The notes: a model not told the origin generated them from the letters alone. Positions 44,401 to 57,323 are shown, counted from the stretch's first letter. The stretch is DNA of 64,000 bases from Bugula neritina (GCA_964035545.1 OZ037771.1:1809628-1873627); one strand, 5' to 3'. Made by a program: numbers and translations.

Positions 44401-44754
44401 GGAAAATAAATAAAATATAATTAAGCATCAAACTGGAATGTTAAAAATAATATTTGAGTTTAATGCTTAATTATTTTTATTTATCAAACAAACAACTTCA
44501 CAAAATATAAACATTATCAGAAGTTTAAAAATTGCCACCACATTGGTGAAAAGTAGGTTTTTCTTCAAATATTTTATTAAATTAAACATAATTTCAGCCT
44601 GATTTTTGGGACACTCTCTCAAGATAGATTAATCTGCTCGAGTTTGACCTAAATTAATTCTGAAGTCAAAATGAAAGCATGCATAGTATACATATCTTGT
44701 GGACAGATGACTCATGTTTAATTTGCTTTACTCTAGTTTTACAAAGTTGAAATC

Positions 44755-45038
44755 ATGATAATTCGACACCAGGACAAAGAGCAGATGACTCTTGTTTTTG
44801 TATGAAAGAGAAAATAAAAGATAAAGAAACAATATTGAATATTGGCTCAGAGGGAATACACGAACTTATAAAAACCAAAGACAGAAATCTTCATAAAAGT
44901 CTGGCTGTACATAAGGAATTTAGAAAACAATTTTCAGGAGCAACTGTTGTCTGCTTGCCTAGAGGTGGAGTGTGTTTACACACTGAAAGGAATTCAGGAA
45001 TACCCCCCTACCAAACAGCAGAAGAAACTCATGCATAA
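44755..45038 (+). pseudogene. Subtype D pseudogene copy 1 (degenerate A-like)
   Basis: The ATG at 44755 (same GAAATCATG context as the A genes) is out of frame with TPGQRADDSCFC..KIKDK. The second helix is partly deleted and the acidic tail is missing. Confidence 0.75.
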
Positions 45039-45129
45039 CTTTTTATAGATGAAGAAACTGTATCTTCAGTACCTACTGAAAAAGTTTGTTGAAAAGTTAA
45101 AGTGCCGGTTTGTCATCCTAAACAAATAG

Positions 45130-45202
45130 CCTTCAAATGAGATTGAACCCATGACTATGGATTTACCAAGCCAATGCTCTAACCTCTAGACCACAGCTGC
45201 TC
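45130..45202 (-). mobile_element. tRNA-derived SINE head or tRNA-like fragment
   Basis: The minus strand has A-box TGGTCTAGAGG and B-box GGGTTCAATCTC; no clean acceptor stem. Confidence 0.5.
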
Positions 45203-45757
45203 CCTATTTCCATGAAGCAAATTCATTAGGTTATCTTTATGCAGTGCTTTTGATTCAATGACCAATAGCAAGGCACAAGCTTTCTATTAATCAGTTATTA
45301 CTTGTAGTGCAATCTTGCAAAATATGTGATGCCATGCTACATTAAATGTACTTTGAACTGGTTTGAATAAATTTAATTGGTTTTTTGCATGTGTTTTATT
45401 CTTAAAACGCTGGTAACTCAAGTTAAATTGTGATTCGTTCTGGAAATAACAAAATATTTGGCCTTCTGTTGCCTTGCTGCACACGATTACTTCATGCACA
45501 ATCATAGTATTCAAAAGTAATATTATTAAGTATATTATAGTTATATTTTTCAAGATTTATTGAAGTTTAAAAGAATTAATTGTAGATGAGTAAATACAAT
45601 AAATGAAGTAAAAGGAAAATGTGTCAAGTTACACAATATAAAGAGACAAAAAAGTTTGTCAAGACAGCAGGTTAAATTAGTAAAATTATTTACACCAACA
45701 TTTAAAACTAGTATTAGGGTTATAAATATGCTTGTTTATATATTGGTAAGTTGTATT

Positions 45758-46378
45758 CTAGAGTGTCTGAAGATATTGTTCCAGGAAGTCTGTAGCTCTC
45801 TTACATTCATCTTCATCATTATTGAAAGCTTGAGGGAACTCCTTAGAGCCAACAGAACTAGGCAAGAGAACATTGTGAGTAAAATTATCACTGTTGCTAC
45901 TTTCTTCCATCTCTTGTATGATATTATGAAGATCTCCCTCTTGGTCATTATCAGTGCATCTCTGTTCACCAGAGTAACCACTGGGGTTCTGTTCTTCAAG
46001 ATAATTACTAAAGCTCTCAAATTCAGGGCTAATCTCACTGTTATACTCCATTTGACCTTCACCTTGGTCTCCATTGACTTCACTTTCATCATCGCTACTC
46101 TGTGCTTCAAAAGATGTGAGCACATGGGTGCACAACCCTTCTTCTGGGTGCATCTCTAAATATTGCATTCGGAAATTGGACTTAGACAGCAGCTTTATGT
46201 TGTTTCTTGTTCTACAAATTGCCAACTGTTTTCGTAGGTCTCTTTTCTTTTTCTTCAGCACTTTCAGATTCTCTTTTCCAAGTTTCAGAAGTTGGTTTCT
46301 TTTTTCGCCAATTTTGTAGTCAATGCAAGCACATGCACTGCTACCATCTGCCCAGCTTCTTCTAATAACAACCCTCAT
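45758..46378 (-). CDS. SERTA/IER-like protein, subtype C copy 1 (206 aa from MRVVIRR)
   Basis: Start placed at 46378 by homology to B (MRVTIRR) and an upstream TTTCAG acceptor. CAC...HPEEGLCTH motif; long acidic tail ending DFLEQYLQTL. Confidence 0.78.
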   Translation of the reverse strand: MRVVIRRSWADGSSACACIDYKIGEKRNQLLKLGKENLKVLKKKKRDLRKQLAICRTRNNIKLLSKSNFRMQYLEMHPEEGLCTHVLTSFEAQSSDDESEVNGDQGEGQMEYNSEISPEFESFSNYLEEQNPSGYSGEQRCTDNDQEGDLHNIIQEMEESSNSDNFTHNVLLPSSVGSKEFPQAFNNDEDECKRATDFLEQYLQTL

Positions 46379-47818
46379 AGTTGTGTCTGAAATCAGAACC
46401 CACACATAATTATGATGGTTACAAAAATGCTTATAATGTTTTTGTGTTAAAGAGAGTTTACAAACTCCAATATATGCTACCCTCAGCTAAATATTACACT
46501 TCTGTTTAGAAAAAGTAAAGAATATTTACTGTAACATCGCTGCAAGAACCTATATCATAGTCTTTTTCTTTTATTTTTATTCAAAATTGTGGAATGAAAA
46601 TAAAACTTTCATGCAATGAAAAATTTATATTTTACATAAAATATAGTTTTTATGTAAATAACTTGAAGATGTCATAAAATACTTTGTTTAATTTAAACAA
46701 TTATACAATAATTCCTAGATTTTGAAATAAATTAGACATACCTGTACAGAATTGGTAGCTGTAGTTGAAGTCAGATTTTTCAATCAAATGAGTTTCTTTA
46801 TCTAAGTGATACTAAGGAATGCAAAAATTGAAGCTTCTTGTTGAAATTGAGAGCACAACTTACTTCTACAAGAGTAAAGTGTAAAATGACTTCAAATAAA
46901 AGGCTGGAACAGCTAAGTAATCATATTTAATAATCCCCAAAACTTTTCTATTGTGTGAGAGCTATCTGGTAATTCAAAGTATTTTATAATAAAAAAAGAA
47001 ATAAGCTTGCAGTGTAATTAAATGATTGTAAGCTGTAAATTACCTGAATGTAAAGATGAAACTATTGTGTAGATAGCTAAGGGATTAGGTAAGAGTTCTT
47101 GGAACTGCTAAAACTTTGAAACTGGACTGTCATTTTCAGACCAGAATTGGTGTCAGTAAGTTGGTAATTCTTATTAGCTCTACTCGTTTAACTGCTACAG
47201 GTTGAAGAAACTCATTGTGATAAACTTACTTATAACTGCCGGTTCAGTCACTGAATTTCTGTTTTTTCAAGGTAGGTAGAGTTTACCTCAACTTATTTAA
47301 TATATCTTAAAAAAGTAAAACTACACAGAGTTGATATAAGTATAGTTTATATCAACAGAAATATTAAACTAAGGAGGGGAATTCTTTTGAAATAAGCTTT
47401 TCAACATACGGTAAACATGAAAGTTGTTGTATTTGTTATTAAACATGTAAATCATTATAGTACTGATTCATAAGCAACACTAAATTTAAATAAAATAAAT
47501 GTCAATATGGTGAGAAATGCAAATAGTGAAATATAAACTTGTTGGTGTAAGGCTGACTTTCTGTTTGAGTATGGAAGCCATGTTTGAATCAGTAGATTGT
47601 AAAAATCTACTTATATTATAAACACTTTTATTCCAGTATTTTTGCAGATAGTTTTTTTGAAGTTATATTATTCTGTTTGAGTTTTGATATATATATATAT
47701 ATATATATATACTCTAAAATCTGTTTTAGGAATAAGCAAGCATAGTATACACACCTGATGGATAACGGTCACGTGTTTAATTTATTGTAATCTATTTTTA
47801 CAGATATATATTGAAATC

Positions 47819-48220
47819 ATGAGAACTCCACCTAGTCAGAGAATAGACAACTCTTGTTCCTGTATCAAGCAGAAAATAAAAGATAAAAGGCAAACAATAT
47901 TGGATATTGGCTCAGAGAGAATATATAAACTAAATGCTAAAGATAGAAATCTCCATAAAAGGCTAGTAGTACTCAAAGCCCTAAAACTAGTGAACCGTCT
48001 GCCAGTAAAAACTTTTCAAAAGCAACTGTTGGCTGTTTGCCCGGAGGTGGGGGTGTGCTTGCACACTGGCAGGAACCCCCCTCTACCAGAAATCAGAAGA
48101 GCACCAGCTATTGAGACTAATACAACCGCTGAAGAAGCAGTTTTAGATATATTTGTTGATGACGACACAGTAACTTCTGTCCTTGAAGACTTTGATGAGT
48201 TCTCAGAAAGCTATGAGTGA
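47819..48220 (+). CDS. SERTA/IER-like protein, subtype A copy 2 (133 aa)
   Basis: Open paralog of 40883-41284. Confidence 0.75.
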   Translation: MRTPPSQRIDNSCSCIKQKIKDKRQTILDIGSERIYKLNAKDRNLHKRLVVLKALKLVNRLPVKTFQKQLLAVCPEVGVCLHTGRNPPLPEIRRAPAIETNTTAEEAVLDIFVDDDTVTSVLEDFDEFSESYE

Positions 48221-49555
48221 TAGTTGACTATCTTAATCAGACAAAGGAGTTGTGCTCTTCTGTACATATAATATGATACAATAGATTTATACTTGATTAT
48301 TGTCTCCTCCTGTTTCAACTACAGATGAGCTCTTATGTATGCTGCTTTTATGTATGACTACATACACTGTGTTTCTTTTACTAATAAATGAATGTAAATA
48401 TGTTCTAACTTTTACAATGTCTATACAAATATAACAATTAAATACACAAATAAAAATTTAATGACTGACTCACAAGGTAATAAAACTATAGCAATGTAAT
48501 ATAAATCTATAAATTTGATATAAATATAACAATATTTGAATTTTAACACATAGCCCATAGACTTAAAGCTTTTTCAGTCAACTCAGCTTTGCTATGGCCC
48601 CGAACTATGAAAGCACATATCATATACATCAAAGCAACCTAATCCCCTATCAAAGAATAATTATAATTATATAATTTAGCTAAGTTCTAATCACAGTGCC
48701 AATTTGACAAAAATAAACTATTTCTAACACTTATCTGTTCTATAAATACTTTACAGTTAGAGGTTTATTGCTTATTTTCTGACTATCTGCTGGATATATA
48801 ACCAGGAAGAATAGGCTTGCAATACCTTTAAACTATTATAAGTAGCAAACTTCAGATGTTAACTTAAACAATTAACTACAATGTGATTGGTCCATTATGC
48901 AACATCCTATAGCAGCATACTATTGCAATCAGGAAAGCACATCAGCAGGGGTGTATGCATAATATATACAGCCATGGGGGTCAAGAGGTGTTGGTTTGTT
49001 TGGGTATAATTATTCCGTTTTTGCAAAGAACAACTTCAACAAACGAGTACAAAATAAGGTAGCTATAGTTTATAAATTATTTTTATTCTTAGTACAACAA
49101 AAGCCAAACGGGATTCATGCTATTTTTGCTTATGGTAAATTTATTGATTATATTACATCAAAAGCTCAACAAAACAATAAAACTATTATAGCAATATGAT
49201 AAATAATTCTTGTTGAATTCAGTAACCTCTTCACTTTTTCTCAAAAATGTTCCACAATTATTTTTGATTTCTAAATCTTGACATTTCTTTGATTTCTGAG
49301 AAAAATTAAATTTTAAATCAAAACAATGTAAATATAAAAAAACTGTGTCGTAAGCAGCAATTTGTCATGCATTGATTGGGAGTGTATAGTTTAATAAAAC
49401 ATTTGTGACACTACTGCATATATGTGACAATCTGCATCCACCCCTTATCACTATAGATACTTCAAAAGCAAGGCACTCGATTGGGTAAAGCAGAGTAGCC
49501 AGGAGAGGTTGGAAATTAAAAAGGAATTAAAACATCTGCTAAGAAGCCAACCAGA

Positions 49556-52500
49556 ATGACAGAGTGGTGGAGCTCACAGAGAAATCTCATGTCCCAGCTT
49601 CATTCTAAAGAACACAGAATGCAGAAACCAACTAACATAAAAGTGGACATAAAAGACCACAGCGGGAAACGAGAGGAAAGAAACAACTGTGGAATCTGTG
49701 TGCTCTTCACCATCTTTCTCGTCTTTGTCTTCATAGTTGCCATGATCTGCATTGGAGTCGTCTACATCCAAAACCTGCAGACAAACCTGGTTAACTTGGA
49801 AAGGCAGTCTTCCAAACAAACAACCTTCAAGGTAAGTATACTGGTATATTATTGCGCAATTGCTGTTAATCTAATAAGTATAAGTTATTATAAGACAAAT
49901 GTTAAAAAAATATTTGATTTGCTTTTTAATACCTTTATTAACTAGACTAATAACCGTTGGTTAGGAAACATAGGTAGTTTCACATTGTTATACTTGCTGT
50001 TAGCCTTAAGAATATCTTTGTTTTCTAAATAAACACAACCCAAAGTAGTTTTAGCAATGAGGAAGTAGCCCACATGTCTGACTAGTTATATGGAAGTGAC
50101 ACACTTTGAATGCTAAAAGTTTATGTAGTGTTGAAATAAGTGACTGTCGAACTTGTGATAGTTTTGTTACAGGATACATTTTTGTTCATACAGTCTTCTC
50201 CTAAGAGACACTCCTTCAACTCTGCAACTTAAAACTAATACATGCTTTAAATAATATTATATAAATGCAACATTATATGTGAAAACTTAGAAGTCATAAA
50301 CTTGTAGAAAGTTTATTATAATATGTACGGGTATTCTAGTCATTAGGTGACTGACTGCTGCAGGTTGAAGCTGTACATACTCCCAGCGTACTTGTTTGCA
50401 GTAGATAGCAAGCAGTTTGCATTGTTGGCATTATCATATTTCTTTTGAGAGTATTTTGATATTTGAGCGATAAATTGTTGATAATTATTTTGGCAAGCTA
50501 CCCAAAGATTATATAAGCTGTATCTAGTTCCTTGTATGGTATCACAGCCCCATGACTAGTATTAGACTAGTTTCGGTTGTTTCAAATTTAGTTTTCAAAA
50601 CACAAACGCACCAGGGTCTAGTAATTCTGACGTTGCTGCATATTTTAGTTCATTAATTAAACTTCACTGATCAAAAACAACCTCTGTTTAACATACTTTA
50701 AAATAAACCAATTTTAATTAGAACTCAATGATAAACAAAACATACATGTAGGAGAACTCCAAAACAAGCAAGTTTTTGAGTGAATTTTGAGTGAGTTTTT
50801 CAGTGAGTTTTTGAGTGAGTGAGTGTGTTAGTTAGTGAGTGAGTTAGTGTGAGTGAGTGAACAACAATTGTTGGCAACCACAGTTAATGATTTACCTAGC
50901 AACTGGAGCGCAGGGGAATTTTTAGGTCCTTAGGATTTTAATAGCTGATTAACCTGGGACTTCCCCTTGCTTCTCACATAAGACCCACAGGCTTTTGTTT
51001 GATTGATGAATAGCTTCAGATTAGCATTGATTTTGCTAACATAAGTATGTCAACATACATATATATGTTGCACTATGAGAATATTCATAACTCTAACAAC
51101 CCACAAAATTAAGCATTTCACAAACATGGAAACTTATCTTGAAATTTTCCTGGAAGGGGAGTGTTCATACATTGATAAAGTGTCACAGTTTAATGTTCAC
51201 TTGATAAAGATTAATATTATAACTAAGAGCTTTTATCCTTACTGTCCATCTCACTAACAAAATCAAGCGTCAACTAGTCTCGTTACTTTATCTATCTTGG
51301 ATATTTAAATTTATAATGAAGCTAACTGAAGTTTTAATGTGATAATTTAAATTTGTTTGATTTGGAAGCTTCTAGGCTTTATAAAACCTTTCTGAATGCA
51401 TGTGTTATAGATTTTTTCAGTGGTTGTGCGCCCACAAATATATGGCCATTTTTTTCAAAAAACTGCAGCTATGAAATAAAAAACAAATTGGGGCACACAT
51501 GGATGGTTTATTTTTGACTAATGTAAGCCCTCTTGCTAAGATATTTACATTATGTTTCCTGGCAGAATTGAAAGTAATGAGCTATAATATAATTATAAAT
51601 AGAAAACAGTCAACTGTACAACTCTTAGAAATTACCCTGGATTTTTGTCAGCAGTTGCCAGCTCACAGTGTAAACAAAGTTATCAAAAGTTATCAATACA
51701 ATATATATGCATATCCAGCTTTAGATTAAACAAGGGTTTGTTTTAATAGATATATATTAGATTTAATTGCATGATTTAGCGCGGAGACAGTAGAGCGGAG
51801 AAGGCAACTCTAAGAGTCAAAAGGAACACACATGATCAAGATAAAGGAGAGGACGACCACATTCGGCTGGAGCACCACGGTTAGTTAACTTGTATTACTT
51901 TTACTAGGAAATATGTAACATAAATATGTTGTATATTTCCTCAGAATGTTATTTGGTTCGTTCTATTGTTATACTGTGCAACACGTGTGTAAAGGTGAAA
52001 TGTATCAACCAAAGTTATGGGATAATCACAAAGTAAAACTTCATGTTTCAGGTATACCCACCCACCATGTTGCCTACATCTTTGGAGATCCCAAGAAAGT
52101 TGAGGAGCATGTTTTACGTAACGGTAACAGAAAAATATATAACAATATAGCTGTTGTAGTATAATTTAATTCCTTAATATTATATTACAATATAGCTGTC
52201 GTATTATTATAATGGAATAAATTTGTCATTAGTTTACATGGCATCAGCAAAACTCTAATAATAGTAAACAAAAATCTTTTATCAGCTAAATTCGCATCTC
52301 ATTGGAATACTAATTTTGCAAAACCTGGTGACTAAATATTTGGAGTACAACTCCTACTAACTCACACACATACCTTGTTAGGAAAACTACATGATAATAT
52401 ATAGACATCAAACCTATAGTTTTTCAATAATGTATGACACTCATTCCTTAACTTTGCAATTTAGTATGTAATATATTATGATCTCTATTAAGGCATGCTA

Positions 52501-55180
52501 TGTGATCAGCTTTCATTACGTACATCTATATTTAAAAATATACTCACGGTCAGCTATAGACTGTGGTTTCACACACCTTAAATTGAAAATTACAAACATT
52601 GGATTTTTGATTGTAAATTCTGATGACAATTCAATACAATAAAATTATTGAAGAAAAAAATAAGCTGCAATTAAAACCTGTACACGCAACTATTTTGTTC
52701 TTTAAAGCACAATCAAAGGCTTGCATTATATATGAAACTTGAATCAACAATCGATTTAATGAATAAATTGCACTCTTGCTGTGAAAGATTGATAAAGTTA
52801 AAAACTTGCAAACAATAAATCGAGCAATATTTGCACACATTTTTTATGAAATGAAAAATAGAACAGAACTCATTAACTTTTGGAGACAAATTACAGCTGA
52901 AATAAAAGCTTTGAAATAAAAGTTGCATGGATGAAGCTGCAGTGCTAACCAGATTATTATTCTATACACACTACCTTCCTACCATTTTGGCAGATTCATC
53001 TCATTGGTTTTCAAATGACCTGTCTAACTACCATCGATCGGAATATGGAAACAAGTATTTTGAAAGAAATGACAACCAGATATGGTGCCCTGCCACTAGA
53101 AGAAAGCGATATGGGCGTTATCAGACTACTGGTAAGTACATTAGTACTATCACTGATGTTTTCATTGCATGGTTAAACGTTTTAGGTTTAATTTCTTCTG
53201 ACGCTCTGTTTAAACCAACTGGTAAAAAAGAAAATGGATGTGATGGCACCTTAATGGTTAATAAGAAACCTGGTGCATTTTTTGTGCAAAGAAAGTTCAC
53301 GGACAGGCAGACAAAATGTTGTTAACTTGTAAGCCAGCTTTGAATCATAATTTTCGTGTGACACTGATCAGGCTACCACCTAACGAAGCCCAATTTTTGT
53401 TTCGAATAAAATGAGGCACAAATTTATAATTTAATATTGTAATATTTTATAGCTTTTCTTTATAATGTTTTTGTTAGACTTTGCAAATGATGACTCATTT
53501 TCAAGTGAGAAAATTGCCCTTATTGGCTTCTTTCCATAGTTAAGCATGACATAACAGCTACTTTTAATATTTTTAGGATGAGCAAAAATTTTTCGATAAA
53601 ATAAGGTCTTAAACTAACTTTTTTATTCACTGATAGACAATATTTTTAGTACCAGGTTCGTTGGATTTACAAATACTCTCAATGAACTTCAGCTGCACAT
53701 TATTTGAAAACTTCCTTCAAACTTTTGGGACAAGCATTTTTATCATATCATAGTTAATGATTAGATATAATTATTTATAATTGCTATATACCTTTAATAC
53801 AAAGCAGATACATTTTAAATTTGTTTTTAGAATTTAAATTATTTTAAAAAAAATTTCAACTAAATTAAATAAAAGAACTGACCTCTAATTATCTGTCACA
53901 GGATCACCTTTTTTAAACTTAACTTACTGTTACACCCTTTTGACAATTTTTTTACATATTTGCTATTTGTAGTCAAAAATCCCTTTTACGACTACTTTGC
54001 AAAAGCTGGGTGGATGAAAAACAATCATCGTTCTCATGAAAATTACGAGCTGCACAGTGATGGGAAAATCTCAGTGAAGAAAGCCGGGCTGTACATTGTA
54101 CACGCCAGTGTAAGTTTAATAAAAGCAACGTGGTGGTATTATAACAAAATCAAATGCTACTTCAAATTGTTTAAACATATTTTTCTCACATTTTGAATTA
54201 GTTATAACTGTTTAATTTTTTTGAATGTTTCTCGTTTATCTTCGTTTTATTCCTTAATAAAAATCTATAAAGTGCATCAACTAACAAAACTTATGCTGAA
54301 CATGCAATCAAAATTATCTACTTTCGTAGTAAATAACGAAATTTCAACTTTACTTTTCAGATCCATTTCAGCGACCTAACGAAAAGGGATAACCCATACT
54401 ATGGAGTATACAAGACTGACCGTAATGAGAATAATACAGCTTTAATTAGTAAATGTGTTGCGACAACATTTGAAAACCCAGAAGAAGATATACTAGGAGT
54501 GTACCCATGTCAAGCGTGGCAGGTGAGGCATAAGTTGCACTTGTTTATGCAAATAAAGTAAGAAAATAATAAACAGTTAACTGCTTTCAAATTGCTAAGC
54601 TATAACGCTCATTAAATAGCTGCTTTGTCTGAGTTGCACAAGAATACAAGAAAAAACATGTTGATCTAAGTGAAAATATTTATCAATATTAGATTTTGTT
54701 ATAAACTTTGCAAATATCTGTTGAGATAGGTGAATTAATTTGGATGTGCTAAAACATACAATCTTTTAAAATTTAGTAAAACAGCACTACCCAAACTATT
54801 GTAGATATGTTTAACTACAAATTGTAATATTTAATTTTTTAGAATTTAATTTTGTTTTCTGTTGTTGTACTATATATAAAGACAGCAAACTTCAATCTAA
54901 TTTTTCAACATTACATATTATACAAAGAGCTGAATGACTAACACATATTGGGAATTCTGAGACAGTTTTAAGCATCTCAGCTGACACTAATGTTTATAAA
55001 TAATTGAATACTTTCTAATTTAATAGATATTTAATAATGTTTGTTTTAATCTTGTAGCTGGTGCCTCTAGAGCAAGGAGATTTAGTTTACCTGAAAATTT
55101 CTGGTTACAACTGGTTTAGAGTTGAGAAAGAAACTTTCCACCTTGCCCTGATACGCCTTAACAAAGAAAGACTAGAGTAA
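49556..55180 (+). CDS. TNF-superfamily ligand, copy 2 (paralog of 31905-38242, about 335-347 aa)
   Basis: Exons: 49556-49831, 51780-51879 (RVKR), 52052-52123, 52994-53131 (RRKR), optional 53186-53221, 53973-54109 (GWMKNNHRSHENYELHSDGKISVKKAGLYIVHAS), 54361-54522, 55058-55180. Exon lengths equal copy 1 except exon 1 (7 codons shorter). No stops or frameshifts. Confidence 0.88.
50956..51155. promoter_or_regulatory. Paralogous kB (50956-50965) and GAS (51147-51155) pair in intron 1 of TNF copy 2
   Basis: Same motifs and near-identical spacing as in copy 1. Confidence 0.5.
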
Positions 55181-56598
55181 AGTTGTAGTAGAACTAACCT
55201 AGCAACCAGACTAGCAGCAATCATAGCAACTGACCTAGCAACCAGCCTGACAACAAACTTGGCAACCAGCCTAGCAACAAGCCTAGCAACAAGCAGAGCA
55301 CCCTTTAAAAGTTAGAAAGCATGTCTAAGCATATTTTTTAGTTGGTATTTTTGTAGCTTTACAAAAACAGAAATTTAAAAAACAAGTTATTCAAGCTGCT
55401 TTTATAAGTTTAAATGTTTAAGTTGCATATCTAAGCTTTTTGAGTGTACATTTTAGTAAAGTAAGACAGTCGTTTAATTTTTGCTAATGCATGTAAAATT
55501 TCTTTTTTTTATATTTTTGCTGTAAAATAATTTTGTTTCATAGACTTATATGTTCGTATATAAGCATGCATACAACTTTCTCTATAATTTGATAGTATTT
55601 GATATTTTATTGGAAATCCCGGTACATAAAACTACATATTTTATATAATATACTATCTCACTATATTTTTAATCATATATAAATGATTTACTAGTAAATG
55701 ATATAGTAAATATATTTTATTTGACTGACTTTCACAACGCCTGTACAAATATAACAATCATGCAAATACACAGATGAAAATTTAATGAACGAATAACAAG
55801 TTAATAAAACTATAGCAATGTAATGTAAATCTAGCAGTTTCATATAAATATAATGTTTGAATTTTAAAACATAGAATCCCCTATCAAAGAAGAATTATAA
55901 TTATAAAATTTAGCCAAAGTTCTAATTACAGTGGCAATTTGACAAAAATAAACTATTTCTAATAAATACTGATTTTATAAACATGTTAGAGTTAATAATG
56001 GGCAGGTGTTTACCTAAGAGAAGCTAATGCTAGTATATATGCAAAACAATTCCATTTATATAACTGATTATTCTTTTTTCATTTTCATAGATGAAGAAAC
56101 TGTATCTTCAGTACTGAAAGGTCTTGCTGAGTTTTTGCAAGGTTGAAGTGCCAGTTTACCATCTTATAGTGTTTCAAATAAATAATAACTTGCACTCTCT
56201 TTTATGTTAATATATTCCGTTATACTAATTACTATTATAGGCTTTAAACCTGTTCATTAGCATTCTAAATCCTTATTCTACTAGAAATGGGAAATTATAG
56301 CTTGACTGCTAATGATAAAAAAAGAGTGACTAAATTTTACAGATAAGTTTATTCTCAAAGTGAACAGAGCCATCTGTTAAATACAATTTATATTTTCCAG
56401 CATAAAAAAGACTGCAACTCTACATACATATACCAGTTACATAATATATGAATAAAAGCTTCTCAAAACACCAGAAAAGGGCAAAACACAGGAAAACATT
56501 TAGGAAGAAATGGAAAGGGAATTTGTAGATTAGAGTTTATTTACAAGCTAATGTTGTGAAGAGTTAAATATCTCTGCATGTCAGTTCAGGTTGATGGC

Positions 56599-57141
56599 TC
56601 AAAGGTTATGGAAATAGTCTAATATAGAAGTTATGACTTCATCACTTTCAGCTTCATCATCTACAGGTGTGTGAGTTGTCTCCCCAACACTGGGTGTGGT
56701 ATTACCAGCATTACTTGCATTCTCTTCTGTATTTGGTTGGTTATTAACATGTCCATTGAGGTCATGACCTTCAAGATGGTCACTGTGCACAACTCGGCTT
56801 CTACTTTGACTTTTTAGTCTTTCTAGCTGTTCGGTTCGGCCATTTTGTACTCTACTTCCTTCACCATTGTTTGAAGAATTTGAAGGAAGGACATGGGAAC
56901 ACAGTCCTTCTTCTGGACACATTTTTAAAAACTGCTTTCTAAATCGAGACTTGGGCAAGAAGTAAATTCTGCAGAGAGTGTTACGAAGAATCAATTGCTT
57001 TTGCAAGTTTTTATCCTTTGCTTTGAGCTCTTCAAAATTTTCCACTCCTAGTTCAAACCATTGCTTTCGTCTTTTCTCTATCTTCCTCTTGATGCAAAAA
57101 CAAGAGCGGTTGCCTCTGTTTCTTCTAATGGTGACTCTCAT
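56599..57141 (-). CDS. SERTA/IER-like protein, subtype B copy 2 (180 aa)
   Basis: Open paralog of 42094-42636; core LILRNTLCRI, with a more diverged tail. Confidence 0.78.
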   Translation of the reverse strand: MRVTIRRNRGNRSCFCIKRKIEKRRKQWFELGVENFEELKAKDKNLQKQLILRNTLCRIYFLPKSRFRKQFLKMCPEEGLCSHVLPSNSSNNGEGSRVQNGRTEQLERLKSQSRSRVVHSDHLEGHDLNGHVNNQPNTEENASNAGNTTPSVGETTHTPVDDEAESDEVITSILDYFHNL

Positions 57142-57195
57142 TTTTTACCTATAAATGAAGACATAATATAAGTTTAAGGTTTTTTACTGCTTTGA

Positions 57196-57323
<128 letters not shown>

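Larger units (their letters stand above)
48760..55682 (+). repeat. Segmental duplicate of about 31091-38820 (TNF gene with promoter and 3' UTR)
   Basis: Colinear similarity from the upstream ATCTGCTG.ATAT.TAACCAGGAAGAATA block to the 3' CTATCTCACTATATTTTT block, with intronic indels. Confidence 0.9.

Noticed and set aside
45656-46319. Hydrophobic plus-strand and alternate-frame ORFs overlapping subtype C (also 60114-60886)
   Set aside because: Antisense or frame shadows of the acidic C ORF; their starts and lengths differ between duplicates.
52927-53325. 132-aa ORF as a standalone gene
   Set aside because: It is TNF exon 4 plus intron read-through; the paralogous frame has a stop right after the exon.
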